Part shown: piece after piece, positions 39,460-52,215 of the stretch
Position numbering within the stretch: position 1 is the first letter of the stretch
How the letters are laid out: each line of letters opens with the position of its first letter
Assembly: GCF_963921235.1 (NCBI RefSeq)
Contig: NC_086115.1
Span: 37,510,001 to 37,574,000, forward strand
Origin: Mobula hypostoma
Taxonomy: Eukaryota
DNA: 64,000 nucleotides
Direction: 5' to 3'
Translations under genes and position numbers: made by a program
Notes under the pieces: generated by a model
Seen by the model: only the letters and a program-made list of their open reading frames with translations
Databases searched by the model: none
What the model was told of the DNA's origin: nothing

Positions 39460-42360
39460 TGAGCTTGGAGGCAGGGGATATCAGTAAGGTGCTAAATGAG
39501 TATTTTGCATCAGTATTTACCAAGGAAAAGCATTTCAGGATGTATATTGTTTGCTGGGGCCTTGACCGATATCTCCACGACCTCTCTAGCCACAGGTGAT
39601 GTCCCAGTGGGCATCATTATTAAGAAGGAAGTAGAGATAATCCTGGAAACTACAGACTAGTGGGAGTCTCACGACAGTGGTAGGGAAGAAGATTCTTAGG
39701 GATTGGATTTATAAGCAATGGGAAACCTATGTCCTAACTAGGGACAGTAAGCATGGCTTTGTGTGGGGAAAGTTGTGGTTTACTAACTTGTTGAGCTTTT
39801 CAAGGACTTTATGAAGGTGATTGATGAAAGTAGAGCTGCAGATGTTGCCTACGTGGATTTTGGTAAGGTGCTTGGAAAGGTCCCTCATGGAAGGCTCATC
39901 CGGAAGATAAACATGCACGGGTCCCACGGTTAACTAGCTGTTTGGATTCAGAATTGGCTTGCACGTAAAAGACAGAGGGTAGTGTTCAATGGAACGTATT
40001 CTGGCTGGAATAGTGGTGTCCTGCAGGAATCCATACTTAGACCTCTGCTGTTTATGATGTACACTGCATAATGACATGAATTTTTTTGACTGAGTTGATA
40101 AGATGTGTTAGTGGTGCTGTGGACAGAGTAGTAGACTGGCAAAGGGTACAACAAGATATAAATCAGTTGCAATTATTGGGGGAGAATGGCGGATCAGGTT
40201 TAACTGGGGCAAATGTGAAGTGTTGCACTCTGGGAGTTCAAATGTAAGGAGACAGTACACAGTTAATGGCAGTGTCGATGTGCAGAGGGATCTTGGAGTC
40301 CGAGTCCATAGCCCCTTGAAAGTGGCCATACAGTTTGATAGAGTGGTAAAAAAGACACATAGTTTGCTTGTATTTATTTGTCAAGGAACTGAGTTCATGA
40401 GTTGTGAAGTTATGTTGCAGCTTTATAAGGCTCCAGTTTCAATGGGTTTCAATGGGTATATTTAATGTCAGAGTGCATCCGTTAGTCTTGCGAGACCATG
40501 GATCTGCGCCTGGAAAGTCTTCACTCTCCAGGGCGCAGGCCTGGGCAAGGTTGTATGGAAGACCAGCAGTTGCCCTTGCTGCAAGTCTCCCCTCTCCATG
40601 ACACCGATGTTTTCCAAGGGAAGGGCATTAGGACCCATACAGATTGGCACCAGTGTCGTCGCAGAGCAATGTGTGATTAAGTGCCTTGCTCAAGGACACA
40701 ACACGTTCCCTCGGCTGGGGCTCGAACTCATGACCTTCACGTAGCTAGTCCAATGCCTTAACCACTTGGCCACATGCTCCCAATAATGTCAGAAATGTAT
40801 ACAATATACATCCTGAAGTTTTTTTTTTGCAAACATCCACAAAAACAGAGGAGTGCCCAAAGAATGAATGACAGATAAATGTTAGAATGCCAAAATGTCC
40901 CCCAGCATCTCCTTCCCACACATAAGCAGCAGCAAAGTGATGACCCCCCTCCAAAAAAGCATTGACGCCCCCTCCCCCCCATCGAACATTCAAGTGCGCA
41001 GCAAGGCATCGATAAAGACACAGACTTGCAGTACCATAAAGACTACTCGTTCACTCGATAATTTGACATACCACAGGCTCTCTCTCTCTCTGTAATAAGG
41101 GAAAAAGAAGCGTCCCCGTTTCACAGGGAGAGGGGAGACATATCAAAGCAACTCACTGATTTATGATGTTAAAAGTCTGTTGCGTCGCTTTTTCCGAGCC
41201 CTGTGCCCAAAGAAGTCAGGTCTCTGGGCACACAGCCAGCAGCCAGCTTGCTACGTTCAATCTTCTTTCTCCGAGGACACACCAGTTTTCTGCGGTGGCA
41301 CCAACCCCAAATCCATCCATCTCCAGAGCCATGAGAACCCGGCATCCTGAAGGCCCACTAGTCTTCTAGGCCGCATCCTTGGTATATCGCGAAACGGCCA
41401 GTCATAAGACCCCGAGAGCGGGTCCCATTTCCGCAAAGAACCAAAGTCAGCGTGTAACTCCAGGTCAAGGTCTTCAAAAGAACCCTGAAAGGGAAAAATC
41501 GAGATATTAAAGATAGAAATAGAGCTGTTTCTGAAGATGCAAGTAAAGGAGTCGCCATTCGGCGCCGTTGTCCTCCTAAGCCCCACCCAAGTAAGGCTGC
41601 ACCTGGAGTATTGCATTCAATATTGCAAAGTATTGCATTGCAGTAATGGTTGCCCCATTATAGGAAGGATGTCAAGGCTTCAGGGAGAGTGTAGAAGATG
41701 CTTACCAGGATGTTATCTGGATTAGAGGGTATGCGCTATAAGGAGAGGATGGACAAATTGGTTTTGTTTTCTTTGGACCAGAAAAGGCAGAGAAGAGATC
41801 TGATAAAGATTTATAGGAATATGAGAGTCATAGATACAGTACACAGCCGATATCCTTTTCCCAGGGTTGAAATATCTAATCCCAGAGGGCATTCGATTAA
41901 AGTAAGAGAGTAAGTTCAAAAGAAGTGTACAGAGAAAAGTTAAACACAACAAGTGGTGGGTGCCTGGAATCCTTTTCCCTACCACTGTTGTGAGACTCAC
42001 CAATCTATAGTTTCCAGGATTATCCCATTTCCCCTCTTGAATACTGAAGCAGCATTGGCTACTGCCATTCCTCAGGGACATCGCCTGTGGCTAGAGAAGA
42101 CATGAAGATATTGGTCAAGGCCCCAGCAATCTCATCCTTTACCTCTCTCAATGGTGGTGGAGGCAAATACAAAAGAGGTGTTCGTGGCTTTTAGACAGGC
42201 ACATGAATGTGTAGGAAATGGAAGGATACAGTATGGATGTTGTGAAAGCAGAAGGGATTAGTTTAGTTGGGCATTATATTATTGATTTCATGAGTTCAAC
42301 ACAATATCGTGGACTAAAGGGCCTTTTCCTGTGCTATACCGTTCCATGTTCTATGTTCTA
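39460..42360 (+). mobile_element. CR1 LINE with nested insertions (non-coding element about 40437-41590, SINE, inverted CR1 piece about 41971-42152)
   Basis: RT motifs (DVAYVDFGK..KVPHGRL). VMLQLYK stops at about 40432 and resumes as VRLHLEYCIQ at about 41591. Confidence 0.7.
40473..40783 (-). mobile_element. tRNA-derived SINE
   Basis: A box TGGCCAAGTGG, B box AGTTCGAGCCC, 10-bp TSD TAATGTCAGA (40463-40472 / 40784-40793). Confidence 0.8.
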
Positions 42361-44019
42361 AGATTTATAAATTTGCATCATACTTAAAGACAACTCTATT
42401 ATAGTTCCTACTTCAGTAGAAATTAACGTCTTATTTTATGTTGTGTTTTATTTAGAAAGCATATTTTCCCCAAAAAATGTTAGGAATATTCAACACCGAA
42501 TGTTTTTATCCAATTTCTCCAGGTTCTTCACATTTTCAAATTATTAGAATCATTCAGTGCTTCTTCCCGAATACTGAAACACACAAAATGCCTCCCAATT
42601 TGTATTTTTGCATTTTTTCAAGTAGCTCCAACTGTCGGATAAGCCCACAGATTTTCTGCAAGATAGATATAGTAACATTTTCATTTTGTTCACTGCTGTG
42701 TTAATTAATCTTAAAAGGCAATGAGGCGATGAGACAAAAATATCACATTTCATCACTGTCAACTGCACTCAATGTGATTGTTTTCAAATTTGAAAACTTA
42801 TTCACTTTCCTATGCATTTAAATAAGAAGCCAAGCCAAATAATTCAAGTATATAATGTATGTGTTTCAATTTAGACACAAATATAGTTAACAGTTTCTTT
42901 TCAATTTCAGGTTGTAATTCAAAACTACTATTAGTAATTAAATGTTCAAAAGTGAAAGCATTACAATCAATGAAATGATCCAAAACGTCCAGAGCTTGCT
43001 AACTTTCAGAACTGATAATACTGTTAAAATTGCTTCACATAACTGCAAATGTTAACTGTAAGGCAGCACCTATGATACAAGATTGCAGTTATTACTGCCC
43101 TCAAGCAACTAACAACTATTGCAAATATAATTGTTAATAATACTTACCTACTCAATAAATATTATTGATATTCAAAGCCTGAAAAATACCTGATAGTACA
43201 ATGCTTTAATTCTTTTCTGAAGACGATTTCCTTAAAAGATACAACATTATTACAGGGCTTGACAGAATAGGTACCAGTTTTATGTTTCTCCTGGATGAAA
43301 TGTTTGGAACCAATGGTCAGTCTTTAAAAAAAACTATTCAGTTGTTCAGTACCGCAATTAAAATAAATTTCTCCCAGAAGGTAGCGAATTGATTCTGTAT
43401 CAAGAAAGCTGTGGATGTTTTGTTGCTGGGTAGCAATCAATTGACTTTCTGATTTATGAATCAAAATAAATAGGGTTAATGAAAGGACGTGCCACTGAGG
43501 TAAAAGATTTCACCTGATTTTTCTTTGAATGGCAGGGCAGATATGAAGGGGAAAATCCTGTTCCTTATACTTTAATAAGAAGACATTATATTTTTATGTT
43601 TCTGTTTTAACAAGAAGACTTTTCAGAAGACACAACAGATCCAGAAACTTAAAAAATAAACACAGTTTTTTTTTGCTTTCTTATCAATGCATTTCAGTTA
43701 GGATAGTCTCTAAATCAACTGAAAACTTACCTTACATAGTATCTTAATATGCAGTTAGTGAATTATGTAGGGCATATGCAGGAGTCCATAAGTAATCAAG
43801 CAAAGCAGAAGAGGAAGAGGGAAGAGATCATAAATTGTTGCCTTATAACACTATTAAATTAAAATTCTAAGATAATGTCAAGGATATTTCCAGTAGGATC
43901 AAGTCCACTCTTGTGCAAGTGACCTACCTAGGCCAATTATCGGTTCCTCAAGGAAAAGTTTCTGCAGAAAACTATCTTTGACTGCAAGTCAATCAGGCAG
44001 TAATTGTCCTGGAGGAAGT

Positions 44020-44955
44020 GGGAATGTTCGCAGATGACTGCACTATGTTCTGCACCATTCATGACTCCTCAGATAGTGAAGCAGTTCATACCATGGTCTG
44101 AGTTGACGTTCCCTCCCCGTCTCCCCTCCTCATACCCAAATGCAGCAGGACCTGGACATTATCTGAGCTTGGGCTGACAAGTGGCAAGTAACATTCCAGC
44201 CACGCAAGTGCCAGGCAATGACCATCTCCAACAAGAGAGGCTCTAACCATCGTCCCTTGATATTCAGTAGCATCACCATCACTGAATCCCCTACTATCAA
44301 CATCCTGAGGGTTACCATTGACAGGAAGCTGAACTGGTCTAGCTGTATAAACACCACGGCTACCACAGCAGGTCAAAGGCTAGGAATCCTGCAGCGTGTA
44401 ACTCACCTCCTGACTCCCCAAAGCCTGACCACCATCTACAAGGTTCAGGTCTGGAGTGTAATGGAATACTCACCTCTCACCTGGATGAGTGCAGCTCCAT
44501 GAATACTCAGGAAGCTTGACACCATCCGGTACAAGGCAGCCCATTTGATTGGTACCCCTTCCACAAGCATCCAATCCCTCCACCATCGACGAACTGTTGC
44601 AGCATCGTGTACTATCTACAAGATGCACTGCAACAACACACCAACATTCCTAAGGCAGCACCTTTCAGACCCATGGCCACTACCATCTAGAAGGATGAGA
44701 ACAGCAGATACCTGGGAACACCACCACTTGGAAATCCCCCTCCAAGTCACTCACCATCCCGACTTGGAAACATATCACCGTTCCTTCAATATTGCTGGGT
44801 CAAACTCCTGGAATTCCCTGTCTAACAGTACTGTGAGTGTATCTACACCTCAGGGACTGCAACAATTCAAGACAGCAGCTCATCACCACCTTCTCAAGGG
44901 CAACCAGGGATGGGCAATAAATGCTGGCTTAGCTGGAAATGCCCACATCCCGTAA
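44020..44955 (+). mobile_element. CR1/L2-group LINE 3' part
   Basis: FADDCT RT motif, WADKWQVTFQPRKCQAMTIS, AATAAA and (AAAC)n tail. A related decayed RT (ALDVKEAFD) is at about 29700-30620. Confidence 0.7.
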
Positions 44956-45786
44956 ACAAACAAACAAACAAACAAACAAATAAATAAATAAATCTGACGG
45001 TGGTGTCTGAAAAGAGGATGCTGTCTAAGTTCCATGCCATCTTGGTCAATGTCTCCCATCCACTACATAATGTACTGGGTGGGCACAGGAGTACATTCAG
45101 CCAGAGACTCATTCCACCGAGATGCAACACAGAACGTCACAGGAAGTCATTCCTGCCTGTGGCCATCAAACTTTACAACTCCTCCCTTGGAGGGTCAGAC
45201 ACCCTGAGCCAATAGGCTGGTCCTGGACTTATTTCCTGGCATAATTTACATATTACTATTTAACTATTTATGGTTTTATTACTATTTAATTTTTTATGGT
45301 GCAAATGTAATGAAAACCAATTTCCCCCGGGATCAATAAAGTATGACTATGACTGACTAAATAAATAAATAAATAAATAAATGTAGGATCCTGCCAGATG
45401 TTTCTCTGTGGAGGCAGCCAAAATCATTTGATGGCATTGTTCATCACCAGAAGTCTCAAGTTTCAAGGTTCTGATACCAATAGATACCAATAACATACTC
45501 AGGGGTGTGATCACGTGCTCCTATCACTGGTCTCCGTTTACTAATCACACATTGTGCTCATGTTGATATTGCTTTGTAAATATGATTGAATGTGATGATA
45601 TCCTTGCAACGGGGAACAAAGTCAATGCAATGACCCCCAATGTATAACTATATTTTATTTTTTAAAAAGTATCTTTATAGAAAAGTGAGGGAAACGCACA
45701 CCTCTACCTCAAAATATAACACAATAGGGCCCAAAACCAGAATAGGGCATTTCTTCGGGCATTGGGCACTCCTGTCATCGGTTGTC

Positions 45787-46185
45787 ACATCATCGTCATC
45801 ATCATCAGGTGCCGTGCCCAGTTTGAGCTTTGACTGCCATGGCCCACACACTCCTGTTTCGGGTCAAGTGGATCAATTCATTGGTATTCATTTCCAGTTC
45901 TCTGGCTGCTGTCTCCATCATCATTTGTCTTTGCCTTCCTTTACCGTGCATTCTAACTCCTCTTTCCTAATCACATGTCCAATGAAGTTACGTTGCCTTT
46001 TCATGATCTCATACATTATTTCTCTTTTTGTGCTTGCTCTGTTCATGACATCCTCCTTAGATATTCCTTATGTCCATGATATTCTTTTCATCCTCCTCAA
46101 AAACCACATCTCTGCTGCTTCAATTCGTTTCCTCATGTTACTAGATATTGTCCAACATTCTGATCCATATAACATAACTGTCTTC
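45787..46185 (-). mobile_element. RTE-clade LINE 3' fragment
   Basis: FIGHVIRKEELE motif, ending in GGCACGGCACC(TGA)n. Confidence 0.6.
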
Positions 46186-47006
46186 ACAAGTAATACTTAT
46201 TGTCGTAAATGAAAATGTATGAATGTCTATGATTTTTTTTGCATGTACCACTGCTAGTTTACTCCTTGATGTAATTGGTCAGGATCACTGCCATTCATCT
46301 GTTTCCCCCTTCTGAATAGAAATGGTAACAGAAGAGTTGAAACTGTACACCTGCGGAACCCGTTGCATTTTACTATAAACGTGATTTCATTGAAACAAGG
46401 TTTTTATCATACCGTGGTTTTGCGCATTATGAAACTGATTTATGACCTGATTGAGGTTCATGGCCGTGTCTAACTCTATTCTAACTTAAGAATATTATAT
46501 TTGGCGGCTTTCTGTCGTGTGTTGACCACTACCATAATTTCCCTTATTAGGTTAAGGCGTAGTTTTTAAAAAATGCTTAATTATTGACTATAGTAATTGG
46601 CAGAGTTTATGGCCAGCGGTAGGATTACAACAGTGAGTTATCAAGACACTCATTCAACAGCTGTGACGCTTGAACAAGTTAACTAAGGCTTTCCCGAGGC
46701 ACATCCACGAATTTTCCACTGGTTTTGAGAAGTTCCCGTTTACTTATGCGCTACGTGGCAATACTTTTTGCAGCTCGCGTTCCGTGGGGTGTTTTTCGGT
46801 GGTAGCCCTTGTGTAGGTGGCGCAGGTACTGGCTTCCAGGTGTGGTAACCAATCCGCCTCAACCTATGCATCTCTCATTAAAGATCTCATTACTAGCCTG
46901 TGAATCATTTCCCCTTTCACCACTGGGGAGGTGGTAGATGCATTGACGATGTCAGGCTGAACCCGGCCGTTGCACACATTCGTGCTTGCTGTTTGGGAAT
47001 GTCAAA

Positions 47007-47094
47007 ATGCTTCGTTTAATAGTAGAATCAGCTAGTAATCTTCCATCGTCAACATTTGGAACGCCCGACCCGATAGTATCGATCATTTTTAAAG
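47007..47094 (+). CDS. MYOF: Myoferlin coding exon 1 (C2A domain start; 88 nt)
   Basis: MLRLIVESASNLPSSTFGTPDPIVSIIFK, donor G|GTAAGT. Compare human MLRVIVESASNIPKTKFGKPDPIVSVIFK. Confidence 0.95.
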
Positions 47095-48769
47095 GTAAGT
47101 GGGTTTTTTTTAATATTCACAATCTGTGTTCCAGAAATACCACAACATTAACTGCACGGCCGTCAGACGTTGTTGGAGGAATTCGATTAATCTTTTATTA
47201 AAGCAGTTCGTAAAAAGGAATTTTCTTTTAATTCGGCGATTCTTTAAAGTTGCCGATGGATGTGTGACTGCGCCGCTTCTCCGCCCAAACTTCTGAACAG
47301 TGGGGAGGATAGATTGTTATTTGTGATAAAATCCTAGTCAAACTCCGTCCTGTCGCCAATACTTACCTCTCTCTTTCCCTGCCCACACGCAACTTCCTAA
47401 TTCGTGAATTCATTTAAAATTTTCACTTTTGCCTTTTAAGGCGTGGTCGCTTGCTAATATTGGAAAGCTAAGTTTGGGAAACCATTTTAAGGAATAACTC
47501 ACGTTGCATGTTCCCGTATTTCGTCCTAAATAGTTTGGGAAATCAGATTAACATAAGCTAAAACTGATTTCTACAGCTTTTTTAATATTAACTCCAAAGC
47601 TCTTTATCCTTCAATGGGTTAACATTTCTACTCTTACATTAGTAGGAGGGATATACACATACAAGCCAACTTCCTCGTTGACTGGAAATGTTTAATGTTC
47701 TTTAAGTGTCATTGTAGACATTGTATATTGAACCATAAATCCCTCACTCAGTACGCCATCCATGTCAAAACATAAAACAAACATTTTTCTTGCATAGTTT
47801 GTCCTAAGTTGATCGAAGCTCCTCCTATTTATTGGGCCAGTTATTAACAGACTATGTCTTTCTCCCCTGCCTACTTGTGTAAACAAGCAGGAATTCTTCA
47901 GGACTATCCTAAATTTTATGTTGTTAATAAACTGGAGATAAAAATTAATCTTTAAAAGGAAAGCGTGGGTGACACCTTTCTATTTGCTGGCTTATCGAGT
48001 TAGCAAAATGGCCAAGCTTGTGAGGAAAAGAGAGGGGGAAAAATCACAAGCATTAAATAAACTGTAAGTGCTGGAAATCAGAAACATAAACAGAAAATTC
48101 TGGAAGTACTTAACAGGTCTCACAGGGAACAATTTCAACTCCACTGGCTATCTCTTGACCAAAGCTGTAGCTGTGGAAAGGGTACAAAGTTAGATTGGTC
48201 CAGTTTTATTTGAATTGTGGGATGACTCCACCCTTGGGTACTCCCAATAGATTGACAACTACTGTATATTGAAACTGCTTCCTGTCCCCATATTTAATTA
48301 GGTTTGCAGCTAATTTTCACCCTATTCCTTACTTTCATATGATGCATCTGATTTCTCTTTCGGTTTTTTTTTTCACTGTCAATGGATGTGATGAAAAACA
48401 TTTGAGCACCTGACCTATTTTGACCATCCCCCTCTGCCTCTTGGAAGGATTCAGTTCTCCTAGTTCCTTACCTCTGTTGTATTTTTTCTGAAAATTTCTA
48501 CACAATTCGCTTGGCACTGATGGCCAAAGGCCTCCATTGCATTTCATCTGTCTTCTGCATCTCTGTTCTCTTCCCCCACTCTTTGACAAAGGAAAAACTG
48601 AGTTTCTGCAGTTTCATCTTCTGCCACACCAGACTCTGAATTCAATAGATCATAGAAAAGTACAGAGACAAGATGTTTATCCCACGATGTCTACACCAAA
48701 CACAACGTTCAATTTAATTAGATCTCTTCTGCATGCATATGTCCGTCTATTCATATTCATGTGCCTACC

Positions 48770-49215
48770 TAACAGCCTGACTGGCTGCATCACTGCCTGG
48801 TATGGGAACTGTACCTCCCTTAATCGCAGGACTCTGCAGAGAATGATGTGGTCAGCCCAGCACATCTGTAGTTGTGAACTTCCCATGATTCAGGACATTT
48901 ACAAGGACAGGTGTGTAAAAAGGGCCCGTAGGATTATTGGGAGCCCAAACCACCCCAACCACAATCTATTCCAGCTGCTACCATCCGGGAGGCGGTACCG
49001 CAGCATAAAAACCAGGACCAACAGGCTCTGGGACAGCTTCTTCCACCAGGCCATCAGAGTGATCTCCTGCTGACTTGGGTGTACTCTATATTCCATTAAC
49101 TGTTCTATTTATTATAAATTACTATGATTGCACCTTTAGATGGAGACATAACGTAAAGATTTTTACTGCTCACGTATATGAAGGATGTAAGAAATAAGGT
49201 CAATTCAATCCAATT
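48770..49215 (+). mobile_element. Rex1/Babar-like LINE 3' fragment
   Basis: LTGCITAWYGNC..LFQLLPSGRRYRSIKTRTNRLWDSFFHQAIR. Same family as 22268-23347. Confidence 0.75.
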
Positions 49216-50879
49216 CTTAAACACCACCAGAGTATTTGTTCCAGGCACCTACCACTCTCCATGCTTTTTTATTTCCTTTATGATTCCTCTTTTTACCTTG
49301 AGTGCGTGTCCTTTTGTACTTGAGGAGAATCCTGGTAATCCTCTCCTGCACTTCAACATCTTTCTTGTCATGGGATCAAAGTACGGGTAAGATTTGTTAT
49401 CAAAGTACACGTTATGAAATACTACCTCAAGTTTCATTTTCTTGAAGGCATTAATTACACTCAATGTGCAGCAGAACCAAAATTTTATAATTTTTCATAA
49501 TTTCTGCCATCTTCGGTATTCTGCATCCTTTCATGTACTTTGAAGGGACTATTCTCTTCTCTGGTCTATTCTTCAATCTCACTGGTCACTTTCTGCTCTA
49601 TGCACTTCCCATGCAACCACAGCAAATGCAAAACTGCCCTTGTATTTCCCTTCCACCATCCAAGACTCGAGCAGCCTTTACATGTGGGAAAAGAAGCAAA
49701 GATTTACTTGCGCTTCTGCCAGTCTAGTGAATTGCGTTTGAAGTTAGCAATGTGATCTACAGTGTTGGAGAAAATGAGTAGATGGGGTAACTCCTTGGTA
49801 GAGCACCTGCATTCAGACCACAGATGATCAATAGCTACCTTTTACCAGTCACTCAGATTTTCTATTCCGCTCTCAAGTTGACCTATGTGTGTCTGGTCTC
49901 CATCATTGTTACAAGGAGTCCTAATGCGAGCTTGAGGAAAGGGACCTCGACTTCTATCTGAGCACATGTACAGAAAACTGCACTGATACTGAATTCTACA
50001 ACTTATGATGACCTACTTTCTCCTTCTATATTAGAACAAACTTTTTGTTGTAAGTCTTCTGCCTGTGATTTGAGCTTAAAATTTCTATTTGTTTTACTTT
50101 GCCTCTCCATTAGAGCACTGTAGTCTGTTATTTGCCAATGCATCATATTTCCTGCAATTCTTCAATTACCCATAAAATAACTTGTTCCCATGGCAGCCCT
50201 GGCTGTAACCCATCACAGATATTCCATCTGCAATATTCTGTAACTCCAAACGTAAAACTGACTCAAGAGAAATTAGGTTCTGGAAAGGTTGCTGTGAGAA
50301 AGCAGGAGAATGAGGTTGAAAGGGAAATGGATCAGTCATGGTGAAATGGTGGGACAGACTCAATGGACCAAATGGCCTAATTCTGCTCCTATGTCTTAGG
50401 AAAAATGAGAGCCGAGTGAAGGTGCACATGTATCATGTGGTAGCGTCATGATGTATGCAATTTGTGTATTTTTACATACAACACATAATGAATTATTAAA
50501 ATGAACAAGAATGCCTAAACAAACAATATATTTAGGCTTACTCAAATACTACAGAAATATTAAATACACAATACTCCTTCCTGCTTAGCTGTAAACTCCA
50601 ACTCAATAGAGAGTACATCTCAAATATACGCATAATATACTTGACAATGCAACTACTATATACAGACATCTGCAGCATAGTAAGTTTTAAATTGGCCCGT
50701 TTGGGCCTAGAGATTTAATCAATGTGGAGGATTTCTTACTTTTGAGGGATAACATCTTTCCTGACAAGGGAGGTTACTCTGCTTGGCAGGTGAGACTTGT
50801 GGCTGTGAAACAATCTCAGGTTCTGGGGCTTCCTCCTCATTTGACTCCGAGACTGCAGGAAGTGGTTCTGACAGCTCTA

Positions 50880-51548
50880 GATCTACTTCATTCCTCACCT
50901 CTCTCTGGGTCCTGGCTCTTTTTCTTTCTCTTTTTCATACCTTATTCTTTCTCACTCACTTTCTTTCTCTCTTCTCTCATTTTCAATTTCTATTTTCTTG
51001 TCAGTATATCTGAATTAGCAAATTTCTCGAGAAATTGGGTCTCGTTTATCCTCTTCCATTTCCAAAGCACTTATTTCCCTTTATCTTCTTTTGAAGATGT
51101 GCATCTTGATCTTGGGAAGGTGCATTTATTTCACTGGAGTATTCTCTTATTAATCCTTCTGTTGCTCCCTTTCCAAACTGATCCATCCCCTTAGTCTCCT
51201 CATCCAGAACATCATCTGACAAATCATCTGTTTTCGTATCTCCATTGACTCTTTCTTTTTGGCCTACCATTCATCCTGCTGGGCTTTGGTCTTTGCGTCT
51301 ACTTTTACAAGTAGCTTTTTGTATCTCGTTTGAAGTTTATGCAATAACCTTAATGCTCGCAGTGTAGGTTCTAGTTCTTTATAACCACAAAAGCTGAATG
51401 CTTGCAGTATTCCTAAAACTCCTTGAGCTCTCTTCCTGCTTAAACCCAAGCCACATTTAGCAAGTGACTGCCTGATTAATATATCAGAAGCTTTCTCAGA
51501 TACGTTGCCTACAAAAACTGTTGTAGTCAGACCACTCCTTTGGTCTCC
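50880..51548 (-). pseudogene. RBM25: Processed (intronless) RBM25 fragment: RRM plus start of the RE-rich region
   Basis: TTTVFVGNVSEKASDILIRQSLAKCGLGLSRKRAQG..LQAFSFCGYKELEPTLRALRLLH..KKLLVKVDAKTKAQQDEW; LDEETK..LIREYSSEINAPSQ; EMEEDKRDPISREI. All match RBM25 as recalled. Disrupted by stops and frameshifts. Confidence 0.9.
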
Positions 51549-51549
51549 C

Positions 51550-52215
51550 TGACATGCTCTTTATATGTGTCCTACGTTGTTGCATTTTCTGTAAGTTTTG
51601 TGTTGAAACCTGCATTGGCCTGGTGTATGAGAGCCCCTGAGACAACAATAACACTATTTGTTCAGCCAAATAGGCTTCCATCTAGATGCTACAATTTTGT
51701 TCATGCTCACATTCATTCCTGACTGCAACTCAATTGCATCTCTATCTGCTGTTTCCATTAAAACAGCAATTTCAACTGCTCTTTTAAATGTAAATTGTAC
51801 TTCAGTTAGAAGGTGTTTTTGAATGCTTTCTTGTAAGATTCCACAAATTAAACATTGTCTGTGCATCATTAAGCCCATTACCAAACTGACAACTTCAGTT
51901 CAGCCATGTACGCTGAACTGGACCCCCTTTCCTTAATCGTTAAGAGTTCTGCAATCAACAATGGTTTCAGTTCTAAATGTTCCTGCATTGCTTTCACAAT
52001 ATCAGCAAAACTCATTTCTGCTGACTTGGTTAGAGCAGTCAAACTCTTAAGCAAACTATATGCTTTTAAATTCAATGCACTAAGCAAAACTGGTACTTGT
52101 TTCTCACTGGCTATTCCATTTGTTTTAAAGTGCTGTTCAATCCATTCTGTGTACAATTTCCAGTTATCTATTGTGTCATGGAATGGCCAATCTTTCCAAT
52201 GTAGCCAGCCAATTC
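51550..52215 (-). pseudogene. Degenerate Gypsy gag (capsid-like region plus zinc knuckles)
   Basis: YTEWIEQHFKTNGIASEKQVPVLLSAL...QEHLELKPLLIAE; LICGILQESIQKHLLTE...FKRAVEIA; CYCCLRGSHTPGQC...YRKCNNVGHI*RAC. Contains stops and frameshifts. Confidence 0.8.

Noticed and set aside
40426-41598. TAAGGCT as a TSD of the nested element
   Set aside because: Both occurrences are explained by the host CR1 sequence on either side of the break.
45640-46212. 190-aa plus-strand ORF
   Set aside because: Antisense reading of an RTE LINE fragment.
50880-51548. Functional RBM25 gene nested in MYOF
   Set aside because: Partial, intronless, with stops and frameshifts, and enclosed by LTRs.
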